A stretch of DNA of 32,000 nt from Aliivibrio fischeri ES114 (GTDB lineage: Bacteria; Pseudomonadota; Gammaproteobacteria; Enterobacterales; Vibrionaceae): assembly GCF_000011805.1 (NCBI RefSeq), contig NC_006840.2; one strand, given 5' to 3'. The notes under the pieces were generated by a model. The model was not told the origin of the DNA and ran no database searches. It saw nothing but the letters and a program-made list of their open reading frames with translations. Positions 23,058-32,000 of this stretch are shown piece after piece. The translations under genes were made by a program, and so were the position numbers. Within the stretch, counting starts at the first letter, position 1. Every line of letters starts with the position of its first letter.

Positions 23058-24041
23058 ATGTCTGAACACGCTTTTAATTTCAGTACGCTTACCCCTGATT
23101 TACTCTGGAATGCTCTTGCTGATATCGGCATTAGAGCAGAGTCAGGTTTTCTTGCTTTAAACAGTTATGAAAACCGTGTCTATCAATTTACCGACGAAGA
23201 ACGACGTCGTTATGTTGTGAAGTTTTATCGCCCACAACGTTGGTCTGAAGCTCAAATACTTGAAGAACACTTATTTGCTCGACAACTTGTTCAACAAGAT
23301 ATTCCAATCGCTGCTCCATTGGAAATTAACGGCAAAACCCTACACTCAGCCAATGGTTATTGGTTTGCACTTTTTGATAGCTTAGGAGGCCGCACATTTG
23401 AGGTCGATAATTTTGATCAATTAGAGTGGGTGGGACGCTTTTTAGGCCGCATTCATAAAGTAGGGGAATCCGAGTTATTTCAACATCGTCCAACAATAGG
23501 GCTAGATGAGTACTTGTATCAACCAAGAAAACTATTAGAAAACAGCTCGTTTATCCCGACACATTTAGAAAATAGCTTTTTCTCTGATATGGATATGTTG
23601 ATTCAACAAATCGAACAACACTGGCAACCAAGTAAATCCATTCGACTGCACGGTGATTGTCACCCTAGCAATATTTTATGGCGTGATGGTCCATTATTTG
23701 TTGATTTAGATGACGCCAGAAATGGCCCAGCCGCACAAGATATCTGGATGCTGTTAAATGGTGATCGCCAAGATAAGCTTGTTCAGTTAGATATTTTGTT
23801 GGAATCTTATTCTGAGTTTTGCGATTTTGACCACAACCAGTTGAAACTAATTGAACCTTTACGTGGTCTACGAATGGTGCACTACATGGCATGGCTTGCA
23901 AAACGTTGGCAAGATCCTGCTTTTCCTATTGCATTTCCATGGTTTGCCGACGCAAAATACTGGGAAAGTCAGGTTCTCGGATTTAAAGAACAAATAGCCG
24001 CATTAAACGATGCACCTTTAGAACTGATGCCACAATGGTAA
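23058..24041 (+). CDS. srkA: stress response serine/threonine kinase SrkA (RdoA/YihE)
   Basis: 327 aa. MSEHAFNFSTLTPD...LNSYENRVYQF..RRRYVVKFYRPQRWS aligns with the E. coli SrkA N-terminus, which favours the ATG at 23058 over 23046 or 23052. The catalytic HGDCHPSNILW and DLDD motifs are present. Confidence 0.9.
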   Translation: MSEHAFNFSTLTPDLLWNALADIGIRAESGFLALNSYENRVYQFTDEERRRYVVKFYRPQRWSEAQILEEHLFARQLVQQDIPIAAPLEINGKTLHSANGYWFALFDSLGGRTFEVDNFDQLEWVGRFLGRIHKVGESELFQHRPTIGLDEYLYQPRKLLENSSFIPTHLENSFFSDMDMLIQQIEQHWQPSKSIRLHGDCHPSNILWRDGPLFVDLDDARNGPAAQDIWMLLNGDRQDKLVQLDILLESYSEFCDFDHNQLKLIEPLRGLRMVHYMAWLAKRWQDPAFPIAFPWFADAKYWESQVLGFKEQIAALNDAPLELMPQW

Positions 24042-24081
24042 AATATAATACTAATCACAAATGGATTGGAGAGAGTTACAC

Positions 24082-24684
24082 ATGATGAAGAAAATGATGG
24101 CACTGTTTGGTGCTTTAGTACTGAGTTTTTCAGTAAATGCAGCAAACTTTACAGAAGGCGATTACTACAAAGTTCTTGACCTACCAGAATCAAAAACACC
24201 GACAGTGAATGAATTTTTCTCTTTTTACTGCCCACATTGTAATAGCTTTGAACCGCTTATTCAGGGTCTAAAGAAAACACTACCAGATGATGCAACGTTT
24301 AAGAAAACTCACGTTTCATTCATGGGTGGACCAATGGGCTTATCAATGAGTAAAGCCTATGCAACAATGGTTTCTCTAGGTATCGAAGATAAAATGATTC
24401 CTGTTTTCTTCAACCGTATCCATACAATGAACAAACCACCACGTAATGAAAAAGAAATTCGTCAGATCTTCCTAGATGAAGGCGTTAACGCTGATGAGTT
24501 CGACGGTACATACAATAGCTTTGCTATTAACTCTATGGTTAACCGTTTTGATAAATCATTCCAAGACAGTGGCTTAACGGGTGTTCCTGCATTAATCGTT
24601 AACAACAAATACCTTGTTGAAACGGGTAAAATCAAAAGTGCTGATGAGTACTACGAGTTAGTAAACTGGTTACTTAAAAAGTAA
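24082..24684 (+). CDS. dsbA: periplasmic thiol:disulfide oxidoreductase DsbA
   Basis: 200 aa with a signal peptide ([20 protein letters not shown]) and the CPHC active site in [14 protein letters not shown]. It is collinear with V. cholerae TcpG/DsbA. The RBS ggagagag precedes the ATG at 24082. Confidence 0.95.
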   Translation: MMKKMMALFGALVLSFSVNAANFTEGDYYKVLDLPESKTPTVNEFFSFYCPHCNSFEPLIQGLKKTLPDDATFKKTHVSFMGGPMGLSMSKAYATMVSLGIEDKMIPVFFNRIHTMNKPPRNEKEIRQIFLDEGVNADEFDGTYNSFAINSMVNRFDKSFQDSGLTGVPALIVNNKYLVETGKIKSADEYYELVNWLLKK

Positions 24685-24697
24685 TAAAATAAGCAAA

Positions 24698-24730
24698 TAA
24701 AAAGGGAGCGAATTATCGCTCCCTTTTTTT
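24698..24730. terminator. bidirectional intrinsic terminator between convergent dsbA and the acyltransferase gene
   Basis: aaaaaa gggagcga atta tcgctccc ttttttt: a perfect 8-bp GC-rich stem flanked by an A-run and a T-run. Confidence 0.9.
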
Positions 24731-25604
24731 ATTCTTTGGCTTTTAAAACACCTTGAAGGTATTCATCTTTTTCTTTCCATAAGTCGTTTACCCACTTATG
24801 AAAGCCACGTTTAAAGGTTTTATCTCCAAAGTAATCACCATTCACTTTTTCATCATTTGGATGCAAGTTAATACGAACAACAACTTTGGTTAATTTCCCT
24901 TGTAGCATATCGATAAATGGTGATTCTTGGTTATCAGGATACGCCAGTGTGACATCAACAATCCCATCAAATAATTCACCCATAGCTGAAAGAGTAAAAG
25001 CGATACCACCAACTTTTGGCTTAAACAAATGTTGGTAAGGTGTTCTTGCTTCTTTTAGCTTTTCAGGCGTCGCTCGTGTTCCCTCAACAAAATTAACCAC
25101 CGTTGTAGGAACAGCTCGAAAGTTTTCACAAGACTTTTGAATCGCTTTAAAATCATCTTCACGACGTTCAGGATCTCGGCGCATAAATGGCATATCCGCC
25201 CCCCAACACGCAAGTCCTACAAAAGGAACGTAAAGTAATTCATGCTTCAAAAAGAACTTAGTCATAGGTATTTTATCTTTCATTACCGAAGACAAAATAA
25301 CAATATCAGCCCAACTCACATGGTTTGATAGCAAAAGATACCAATTATCTTGAGATAAGCTTTCACCACCTTCAATCTCCCACTCAATATTATTATTAAT
25401 ATTAAGCATCCACAGATTTAATGTAGCCCATCCCCATAATGTTTTATTCGCCATCGATACCGTAATTTTTTTTACGATAGCAAAAGGAAGAAGTAATTTA
25501 ATTATTGCAAAGAAGCTGATAATTAAAGATGTTAATGCTGTATTTAGCATTACAAGTAATACACTGATAACCAGCCTAATATTAGCAATCATAGAACTCT
25601 TCAT
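24729..25604 (-). CDS. yihG: membrane lysophospholipid acyltransferase (YihG/PlsC family)
   Basis: 291 aa with an N-terminal TM segment, the acyltransferase HX4D motif (NHVSWADI) and an FVEGTR motif. It is collinear with E. coli YihG (WYLL..NH.SWADIV, PTT.VNFVEG.R, LTK..V). Confidence 0.85.
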   Translation of the reverse strand: MKSSMIANIRLVISVLLVMLNTALTSLIISFFAIIKLLLPFAIVKKITVSMANKTLWGWATLNLWMLNINNNIEWEIEGGESLSQDNWYLLLSNHVSWADIVILSSVMKDKIPMTKFFLKHELLYVPFVGLACWGADMPFMRRDPERREDDFKAIQKSCENFRAVPTTVVNFVEGTRATPEKLKEARTPYQHLFKPKVGGIAFTLSAMGELFDGIVDVTLAYPDNQESPFIDMLQGKLTKVVVRINLHPNDEKVNGDYFGDKTFKRGFHKWVNDLWKEKDEYLQGVLKAKE

Positions 25605-25691
25605 TTATAGATTAGAGTGAATATTATCCACATGATAGCAAGTCAGGTCTTTTTTTTGTGAACAATCTTTCATTGCATCTCAATAAAAGGA

Positions 25692-27218
25692 TCAGACTGC
25701 TTGAGCAGATAATTGTTTTAGCAACCGATCCATAGCTCGATAACCTACTGCCTCAGCTAAGTGGATTCGTTGAATATTTTCTTCAGCTGATAAATCAGCG
25801 ATGGTGCGTGCCACTTTGATAATTCGATGATAAGCCCGAATGGATAACCCTAGCTGGTGTAGCGTATTTTCTAAAAATGCAGCATCTTCCTTGTCTAGTG
25901 GACAATGCTTTTCAATTTCTCGACTTCCTAATAATGCATTCACTTTACCATTACGCTCTAACATGCGAGCGCGAGCCTGTAAAACTCGATGTTTTACTGC
26001 TTGCGTACTTTCACCTCTATCTCCACCTTCTGTGAGCGTCCCTTTAGGTAATAGCGGTATTTCTAATGACATATCAAAGCGATCTAACAAAGGTCCAGAT
26101 ATTCGATTAAGGTAACGTAAAATCAACTGTGGATTGGTTCGCGTTTGGTTCCCCTCATAATAACCTGTAGGGCTAGGATTTAATGCTCCGACCAATTGAA
26201 AACGTGCAGGAAAACGTGTTTTACTCGCGGCGCGTGAGATGACTATCTCACCAGATTCTAGTGGTTCCCGCAGTGAATCAAGCACTTTTCTTTCAAACTC
26301 CGGCATCTCATCTAAAAATAAAATACCATTGTGAGCTAATGATATTTCCCCCGGTCGAGGGATAGAGCCACCACCCACCAATGCTGCCATAGAGCTAGAA
26401 TGATGAGGTGAACGAAAAGGACGGGCTCGCCAATTAGACTCTGTAATATTTTGATGAGTCAACGAGGCTACCGCTGCCGTTTCTAACGCTTCATCATTGG
26501 TCATTTCTGGCAATAAATCACTCATACGGGAAGCGAGCATGGTTTTACCTGTACCTGGAGGGCCTAAGTACAATAAATTATGTCCTCCAGCAGCTGCTAT
26601 CTCTAACGCTCGCTTACCTTGCTGTTGACCAATAATATCTTGTAAATCACGCTCTAAAGATAAGGATTGCTCTTCGAGCTGAGGAGTAGTTAATAAACTG
26701 AGTTGCTGTTGCCCACACAAAAAACCACACACAGCTAGTAGGTGAGGCGCAGATTTATGAATATCCTTTCCAACCAACGCAGCCTGATCACCATTATCAT
26801 CAGGAACAATTAAGCAGCGTTTAGCATTAAGTGAAGCTAAAGCGGCAGGTAAAACACCTTTTACTCGACGTAACTCACCAGAAAGAGCCAACTCACCAAC
26901 AAATTCATGACCATCCAATTTATTTTCAGGTATTTGATCTGATGCTGCTAGGATCCCAAGAGCAATAGGAAGATCAAATCTTCCACCTTCTTTTGGAAGA
27001 TCCGCAGGAGCTAAATTAACGGTGATCTTTTTAGATGGAAACTCAAAGTTGGCATTAATGATTGCACTTCTTACTCTGTCTTTTGCTTCTTTTACTGTTG
27101 TTTCTGGTAAGCCAACCAGACTAAATCCTGGCATCCCATTACTAATATGAACTTCAACCGTCACCGGTGGTGCTTCTACACCTACACAAGCTCGACTGTG
27201 TATTATTGCTAATCCCAT
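25692..27218 (-). CDS. comM: YifB/ComM family Mg-chelatase-like AAA+ ATPase (competence helicase ComM)
   Basis: 508 aa. The N-terminal Lon-protease-like domain reads MGLAIIHSRACVGVEAPPVTVEVH. Walker A is GPPGTGKT and Walker B is ILFLDE. A C-terminal Mg-chelatase domain follows. It is syntenic with ilv as in E. coli. Confidence 0.93.
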   Translation of the reverse strand: MGLAIIHSRACVGVEAPPVTVEVHISNGMPGFSLVGLPETTVKEAKDRVRSAIINANFEFPSKKITVNLAPADLPKEGGRFDLPIALGILAASDQIPENKLDGHEFVGELALSGELRRVKGVLPAALASLNAKRCLIVPDDNGDQAALVGKDIHKSAPHLLAVCGFLCGQQQLSLLTTPQLEEQSLSLERDLQDIIGQQQGKRALEIAAAGGHNLLYLGPPGTGKTMLASRMSDLLPEMTNDEALETAAVASLTHQNITESNWRARPFRSPHHSSSMAALVGGGSIPRPGEISLAHNGILFLDEMPEFERKVLDSLREPLESGEIVISRAASKTRFPARFQLVGALNPSPTGYYEGNQTRTNPQLILRYLNRISGPLLDRFDMSLEIPLLPKGTLTEGGDRGESTQAVKHRVLQARARMLERNGKVNALLGSREIEKHCPLDKEDAAFLENTLHQLGLSIRAYHRIIKVARTIADLSAEENIQRIHLAEAVGYRAMDRLLKQLSAQAV

Positions 27219-27406
27219 TTATATACCCAACTTATTTGATTAAAGACCAATCTGTATTGATTTTATGTTTTTGTTATATATAAGCGCTAAATGAACGAGA
27301 ATTGTGAATTAAATGATAGTTTTTTCTTGTCATGAGAGCCATGTCTGTGTTACCACTAAGTTAATGTAACGAAATATCAAAAAGAAAACGTTTACGGATA
27401 GATAAA

Positions 27407-27496
27407 ATGACCTTTTTTGCTCAACTGAATATTCTGATTATTAACATTCTAGTGGTGATTCTGGTCACCGCTCGGGGATGTGTGAGCAAAAAGTAG
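27407..27496 (+). CDS. ilvL: ilvGMEDA operon leader peptide
   Basis: The 29-codon ORF reads MTFFAQLNILIINILVVILVTARGCVSKK. Twelve of thirteen consecutive codons (residues 9-21) are Ile, Leu or Val. It lies about 130 nt upstream of ilvG and is followed by a terminator. Confidence 0.85.
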   Translation: MTFFAQLNILIINILVVILVTARGCVSKK

Positions 27497-27515
27497 AGTT
27501 ACAAGCACACTAAAA

Positions 27516-27547
27516 ACCCCCAAGCCAACAAGCAAGGGGGTTTTTTT
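27516..27547 (+). terminator. ilv attenuator terminator
   Basis: ccccc aag c...g caa ggggg (GC arms with an internal mismatch and loop) followed by a T7 run, between ilvL and ilvG. Confidence 0.75.
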
Positions 27548-27625
27548 ATAAGTTCAGGAAGAGAAATGGGGGCACATGATGTGCGAGAGAAAACAGACAA
27601 CCACTCACGCAGGGAGCGAAAGAGT

Positions 27626-29272
27626 ATGAATGGCTCACAGTTAGTAGTAAAAGCCTTAAGAGACGAAGGAATTGAAACCGTCTTTGGTTATCCTGGTGGG
27701 GCTATCATGCCTATTTATGATGCATTATATGATGGTGGCGTTGAGCACATATTATGTCGTCATGAACAAGGTGCAGCAATGGCTGCAATAGGAATGGCAA
27801 GAGCAAGCAAAGATGTTGCTGTATGCCTTGCAACATCAGGTCCAGGAGCAACAAACCTAATTACGGGTCTTGCTGATGCCATGTTAGATTCCATTCCTCT
27901 TGTTGCTATCACAGGTCAAGTGGCGAGTAATTTAATCGGTACTGATGCTTTCCAAGAAATGGATGTCATCGGTATGTCTCTCTCATGTACTAAACACAGT
28001 TATTTGGTTACTGATATCAATGAACTTGCACCTGTGATTGCTGAAGCATTTGAGGTAGCAAAATCAGGACGTCCCGGCCCTGTATTAATTGATATAGCCA
28101 AAGACGTACAACTCGCTGAAGCTCCTGTTACTTCTCTTCCATATTTTGAAGCACCTAGTATCCCTGTTGTTGTTCCTGAAGCTATTGAAGCGGCTGAGGC
28201 ATTACTAAGAGCCAGCAACAAACCGGTATTGTATGTGGGTGGCGGTGTTCAACTGGCACACGCAACCGACTCTGTTCGTGATTTTTTAACCAATAATCCG
28301 ATGCCTTCAGTAAGTACATTAAAAGGTTTAGGTTCAATAGGAAGACACGATCCCCATTATCTTGGAATGGTAGGTATGCACGGCACTAAAGCTGCCAACC
28401 TAATTGTTCAAGAATCTGATTTACTTATTGTTGTTGGTGCTCGTTTTGATGATCGTGTGACAGGAAAATTAGAAAGCTTTGCTCCTCATGCGAAAGTAAT
28501 CCATATCGATATTGATGCAGCAGAATTCAATAAGCTTCGCCACGCTCATTCAACACTACGCGGTGACATAAAGGTTATCCTTCCTCAATTGAAACTAGAG
28601 CAGGACCTTACCCCTTGGTTAGAACATGTTTCTTCTCTTCGCTCTGAATTTAAATGGCGCTACGATCACCCGGGTGAATTAATTTATGCCCCTCTGCTAC
28701 TAAAGCAACTTTCTGACATGATGCCAGACAGCGCTATCGTATCGACAGATGTAGGCCAACATCAAATGTGGGCAGCTCAACATATCCAACCTCGAGCTCC
28801 TGAAAATTACCTCACTTCCGCAGGTCTTGGCACCATGGGGTTCGGTTTACCCGCTGCAATGGGAGCAAAAGTGGCTCGTCCTGATGATCAATCTATTCTG
28901 ATTTCAGGTGATGGTTCTTTCATGATGAATGTACAAGAACTCGGTACGATTAAGCGTAAACAAATCCCTGTGAAGATGGTTCTTATTAACAACCAACGTT
29001 TAGGCATGGTTCGCCAATGGCAATCTTTGTTTTTTGATGGCCGCCACAGTGAAACCATTCTTGATGATAATCCTGATTTTGTTGCTCTTGCTGCCGCCTT
29101 TGGTATTCCTGGAAAAACCATCACAATAAAAGAAGAAGTAGAACCCGCTTTAAAAGAAATGCTTGAAAGCGACACGGCTTATCTGCTGCATGTTCTTATT
29201 TCAGAAGAAGAAAACGTATGGCCTTTGGTTCCGCCAGGCGCTGCAAACCAAGATATGGTGGAGGGAGAATAA
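27626..29272 (+). CDS. ilvG: acetolactate synthase II large subunit (intact)
   Basis: 548 aa. [54 protein letters not shown]... is collinear with full-length E. coli IlvG to the C-terminus ([10 protein letters not shown]). The track start at 27566 reads through the attenuator region and is rejected. Confidence 0.95.
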   Translation: MNGSQLVVKALRDEGIETVFGYPGGAIMPIYDALYDGGVEHILCRHEQGAAMAAIGMARASKDVAVCLATSGPGATNLITGLADAMLDSIPLVAITGQVASNLIGTDAFQEMDVIGMSLSCTKHSYLVTDINELAPVIAEAFEVAKSGRPGPVLIDIAKDVQLAEAPVTSLPYFEAPSIPVVVPEAIEAAEALLRASNKPVLYVGGGVQLAHATDSVRDFLTNNPMPSVSTLKGLGSIGRHDPHYLGMVGMHGTKAANLIVQESDLLIVVGARFDDRVTGKLESFAPHAKVIHIDIDAAEFNKLRHAHSTLRGDIKVILPQLKLEQDLTPWLEHVSSLRSEFKWRYDHPGELIYAPLLLKQLSDMMPDSAIVSTDVGQHQMWAAQHIQPRAPENYLTSAGLGTMGFGLPAAMGAKVARPDDQSILISGDGSFMMNVQELGTIKRKQIPVKMVLINNQRLGMVRQWQSLFFDGRHSETILDDNPDFVALAAAFGIPGKTITIKEEVEPALKEMLESDTAYLLHVLISEEENVWPLVPPGAANQDMVEGE

Positions 29273-29517
29273 TGCAACGTTATATTTTAGAAATTGAAGC
29301 TAACGATAGACCGGTTTTATTAGAACGTGTATTACGCGTTATTCGTCACCGTGGTTTTATCATCAAGCAAGTATTAGCAACACAAAATCAAGCCAGCAAA
29401 GTAGCTGCAATTGAAATCATCGTAGAAAGTGACCGACCAATTAGCCTTCTTACTAATCAAATAGAAAAGCTTTGGGATATTACCGCCGTTAACGTTTCTA
29501 CATTACATCGCGCATAA
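29272..29517 (+). CDS. ilvM: acetolactate synthase II small subunit
   Basis: 81 aa with LERVLRVIRHRGF, matching E. coli IlvM (LERVLRVVRHRGF). The ATG overlaps the ilvG TAA (ATAATG coupling). Confidence 0.9.
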   Translation: MQRYILEIEANDRPVLLERVLRVIRHRGFIIKQVLATQNQASKVAAIEIIVESDRPISLLTNQIEKLWDITAVNVSTLHRA

Positions 29518-29529
29518 GGATTAGTGACA

Positions 29530-30477
29530 ATGTCAAAGACAGCAGATTTTATTTGGTTTAATGGTGAGATGGTTCCTTGGGCAGACGCAAATGTGCACGT
29601 TCTGACTCACGCAATGCATTATGGAACATCCGTTTTTGAAGGGGTGCGTTGTTATAACACGCCAAATGGTCCAATTATTTTCCGCCACCCAGAGCACGCA
29701 AAACGTTTAAAAAATTCCGCTAAAATTTATCGCTTCCCAATTCCATATACTGAAGAAGAAATTATGGAAGCAACACGTGAAACCTTACGTCAAAACAAAC
29801 TCGATTCTGCTTATATTCGTCCTTTGGGCTTTGTAGGAAATGTTGGTTTAGGTGTTTGCCCACCAGAAGATACGGAAATGGAACTCATTATTGCTGCATT
29901 CCCATGGGGATCTTACCTAGGAGAAGAAGCATTAGAAAATGGGGTTGATGCCATGATTTCAAGTTGGAACCGTGCTGCACCAAATACCATTCCAACCGCA
30001 GCAAAAGCAGGTGGTAACTATTTATCTTCTTTATTGGTTGGTGGTGAAGCCCGTCGTCATGGTTACGATGAAGGTATTGCTTTAAGTGTTGATGGCTATC
30101 TTTCTGAAGGAGCTGGTGAAAACCTATTTGTTGTTCGTGATGGTATTCTTTCTACGCCACCTGCAACCAGTGCCATCTTACCGGGAATAACTCGAGATTC
30201 TATCATGACGCTTGCAAAAGATATGGGGTATGAAATTCGTGAAGAAAACATCGCACGCGAAGCGCTATATCTTGCAGACGAAGTATTTATGACAGGCACA
30301 GCGGCTGAAATCGTTCCAGTACGCTCTGTTGACAAGATTACCGTTGGTGAAGGTAAACGTGGTCCTATCACAAAAGAGATCCAAGCCGCTTACTTTGGTC
30401 TGTTCAATGGAACAACCGAAGATAAATGGGGTTGGTTAGATTACGTATACCCAGAAAATGCACCATCAGCTAAATAA
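29530..30477 (+). CDS. ilvE: branched-chain amino acid aminotransferase
   Basis: 315 aa. [24 protein letters not shown]...[12 protein letters not shown]... is collinear with E. coli IlvE. The ATG at 29530 has the RBS aagga 9 nt upstream. The GTG at 29524 is an alternative start. Confidence 0.95.
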   Translation: MSKTADFIWFNGEMVPWADANVHVLTHAMHYGTSVFEGVRCYNTPNGPIIFRHPEHAKRLKNSAKIYRFPIPYTEEEIMEATRETLRQNKLDSAYIRPLGFVGNVGLGVCPPEDTEMELIIAAFPWGSYLGEEALENGVDAMISSWNRAAPNTIPTAAKAGGNYLSSLLVGGEARRHGYDEGIALSVDGYLSEGAGENLFVVRDGILSTPPATSAILPGITRDSIMTLAKDMGYEIREENIAREALYLADEVFMTGTAAEIVPVRSVDKITVGEGKRGPITKEIQAAYFGLFNGTTEDKWGWLDYVYPENAPSAK

Positions 30478-30494
30478 TTTATAAGGATATAAGA

Positions 30495-32000
30495 ATGCCA
30501 ACTTATCGTTCAGCCACCACCACTCACGGACGTAACATGGCCGGAGCACGCGCTTTATGGCGTGCAACTGGCGTTAAAGAAGATGACTTTGGTAAACCCA
30601 TCATTGCTGTTGTTAACTCATTTACTCAATTTGTTCCGGGTCACGTACATCTTAAAGACATGGGACAACTTGTTGCTGGCGAAATAGAAAAAGCCGGCGG
30701 TATCGCCAAAGAGTTTAATACTATCGCCGTTGATGATGGTATCGCTATGGGTCACGGTGGCATGCTTTATTCTCTGCCATCACGCGAACTCATTGCAGAC
30801 TCTGTTGAATACATGGTTAATGCTCACTGTGCTGATGCTATGGTATGTATTTCTAACTGCGACAAAATTACCCCAGGAATGATGATGGCTGCAATGCGTC
30901 TTAACATTCCAGTAATTTTTGTGTCAGGCGGCCCAATGGAAGCAGGAAAAACTAAGCTTTCAGATCAAATAATCAAACTGGATCTTGTTGATGCAATGAT
31001 CCAAGGTGCCGATCCTACGGTTTCCGATGCTCAAAGTGAGCAGATCGAGCGTTCAGCTTGTCCAACTTGTGGATCGTGTTCAGGAATGTTCACGGCTAAC
31101 TCAATGAACTGTTTAACCGAAGCGCTCGGTTTATCTCAACCAGGTAATGGCTCAATGCTCGCTACTCACGCCGACCGCGAGCAGCTGTTTATTAATGCAG
31201 GTAAACGTATTGTTGAATTAACAAAGCGTTATTATGAGCAAGATGATGAATCAGCACTTCCAAGAAATATTGCCGACCGTGCTGCATTTGAAAATGCCAT
31301 GGCACTTGATATCGCAATGGGTGGTTCTAGTAATACCGTTCTTCACCTTTTAGCTTCTGCTCAAGAAGGCGAAATTGATTTCGATATGGGTGACATTGAT
31401 GAGATGTCTCGTCGAGTACCTCACTTGTGTAAAGTCGCTCCATCAACGCCTAAATATCATATGGAAGATGTTCACCGAGCAGGTGGTGTAATGGCTATCC
31501 TTGGTGAGTTAGATAGAGCTGGGCTTCTGAATAATCAAACAAAAACGGTTCTTGGCTTAACCATGCAAGAGCAACTTGCACAATACGATATTATGCAAAC
31601 TGAAGACGAAGAGATCCTTAAATTCTTCCGTGCAGGACCTGCAGGGATCCGAACAACAAAAGCATTCTCGCAAGATTGCCGTTGGGATCGCCTTGATGAC
31701 GACCGAAAAGAAGGGTGTATTCGAACCAAAGAAAATGCCTTTAGCCAAGAAGGTGGTCTCGCCGTTCTATCTGGCAATATAGCGGTTGATGGTTGTATTG
31801 TAAAAACCGCCGGCGTTGATGAAGAAAATCTAAAGTTCCAAGGTCCAGCCATTGTTTTTGAAAGCCAAGACTCAGCGGTAGAAGGCATTTTAGGTGGAAA
31901 AGTTAAAGCGGGTGAAGTCGTTGTTATTCGCTACGAAGGTCCAAAGGGTGGTCCAGGTATGCAAGAAATGCTTTACCCAACCACTTACTTGAAATCAATG
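30495..32000 (+). CDS. ilvD: dihydroxy-acid dehydratase (partial; 3' end beyond the window)
   Basis: ATG at 30495. [26 protein letters not shown]... stays in frame to the window edge (502 codons, ending ...[14 protein letters not shown]) and is collinear with E. coli IlvD. It is absent from the ORF track because it has no stop codon in the window. Confidence 0.95.
   Translation, partial: MPTYRSATTTHGRNMAGARALWRATGVKEDDFGKPIIAVVNSFTQFVPGHVHLKDMGQLVAGEIEKAGGIAKEFNTIAVDDGIAMGHGGMLYSLPSRELIADSVEYMVNAHCADAMVCISNCDKITPGMMMAAMRLNIPVIFVSGGPMEAGKTKLSDQIIKLDLVDAMIQGADPTVSDAQSEQIERSACPTCGSCSGMFTANSMNCLTEALGLSQPGNGSMLATHADREQLFINAGKRIVELTKRYYEQDDESALPRNIADRAAFENAMALDIAMGGSSNTVLHLLASAQEGEIDFDMGDIDEMSRRVPHLCKVAPSTPKYHMEDVHRAGGVMAILGELDRAGLLNNQTKTVLGLTMQEQLAQYDIMQTEDEEILKFFRAGPAGIRTTKAFSQDCRWDRLDDDRKEGCIRTKENAFSQEGGLAVLSGNIAVDGCIVKTAGVDEENLKFQGPAIVFESQDSAVEGILGGKVKAGEVVVIRYEGPKGGPGMQEMLYPTTYLKSM

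Noticed and set aside
27219-27406. ilvGMEDA promoter and short ORFs (9 and 24 codons) in the comM-ilvL intergenic region
   Set aside because: I could not find a convincing -35/-10 pair by eye. The best candidates, TTGTCA...TTACCA and TTACCA...AATATC, are poor. The mini-ORFs have no RBS or compositional signal. The region is left uncalled.

Overview
The window is a conserved, origin-proximal core-chromosome segment of a Vibrionaceae genome. Its low GC content and the 16S V1-V3 sequence look Aliivibrio fischeri-like to me, but that is recognition from memory, not a search. Gene order matches the V. cholerae/E. coli arrangement rrn | yrdA-yrdB-aroE-tsaC | purEK | yrdD-smg-dprA-LysM | def-fmt-rsmB-trkA-trkH | ... 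yihD ... srkA-dsbA | yihG | comM | ilvLGMEDA.

Layout:
- 1-5700: a complete minus-strand rRNA operon (P1 and P2 promoters, leader boxA, 16S, 324-bp tRNA-less ITS, 23S, 5S, intrinsic terminator). It is followed directly by the promoter and leader of a second, tandem rrn operon that runs off the left edge.
- 5789-19000: housekeeping genes.
- 19000-21100: the only lineage-variable-looking stretch. It holds a hemolysin-III/PAQR gene, a Spo0M-family gene, and an unannotated 55-codon ORF with its own terminator.
- 21100-27220: yihD, an orphan ccoG, srkA, dsbA, a yihG-like acyltransferase and comM.
- 27400-32000: the ilvL leader/attenuator and ilvG, ilvM, ilvE, plus ilvD truncated by the window end.

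I see no IS elements, integrases, prophage genes, CRISPR arrays, toxin-antitoxin pairs or recognisable defence genes. I do not think this window holds a large novel system.

The most checkable oddities are small:
- a strong, wrongly oriented intrinsic terminator with a plausible promoter between the Spo0M-family and hemolysin-III genes (candidate antisense sRNA);
- the terminator-bounded 55-aa ORF with a sigma54-like motif;
- the single-promoter architecture of the downstream tandem rrn operon;
- a ccoG terminator that abuts the srkA start codon.

All product calls rest on my own reading of the translated ORFs against remembered E. coli/Vibrio homologues. No database search was run.
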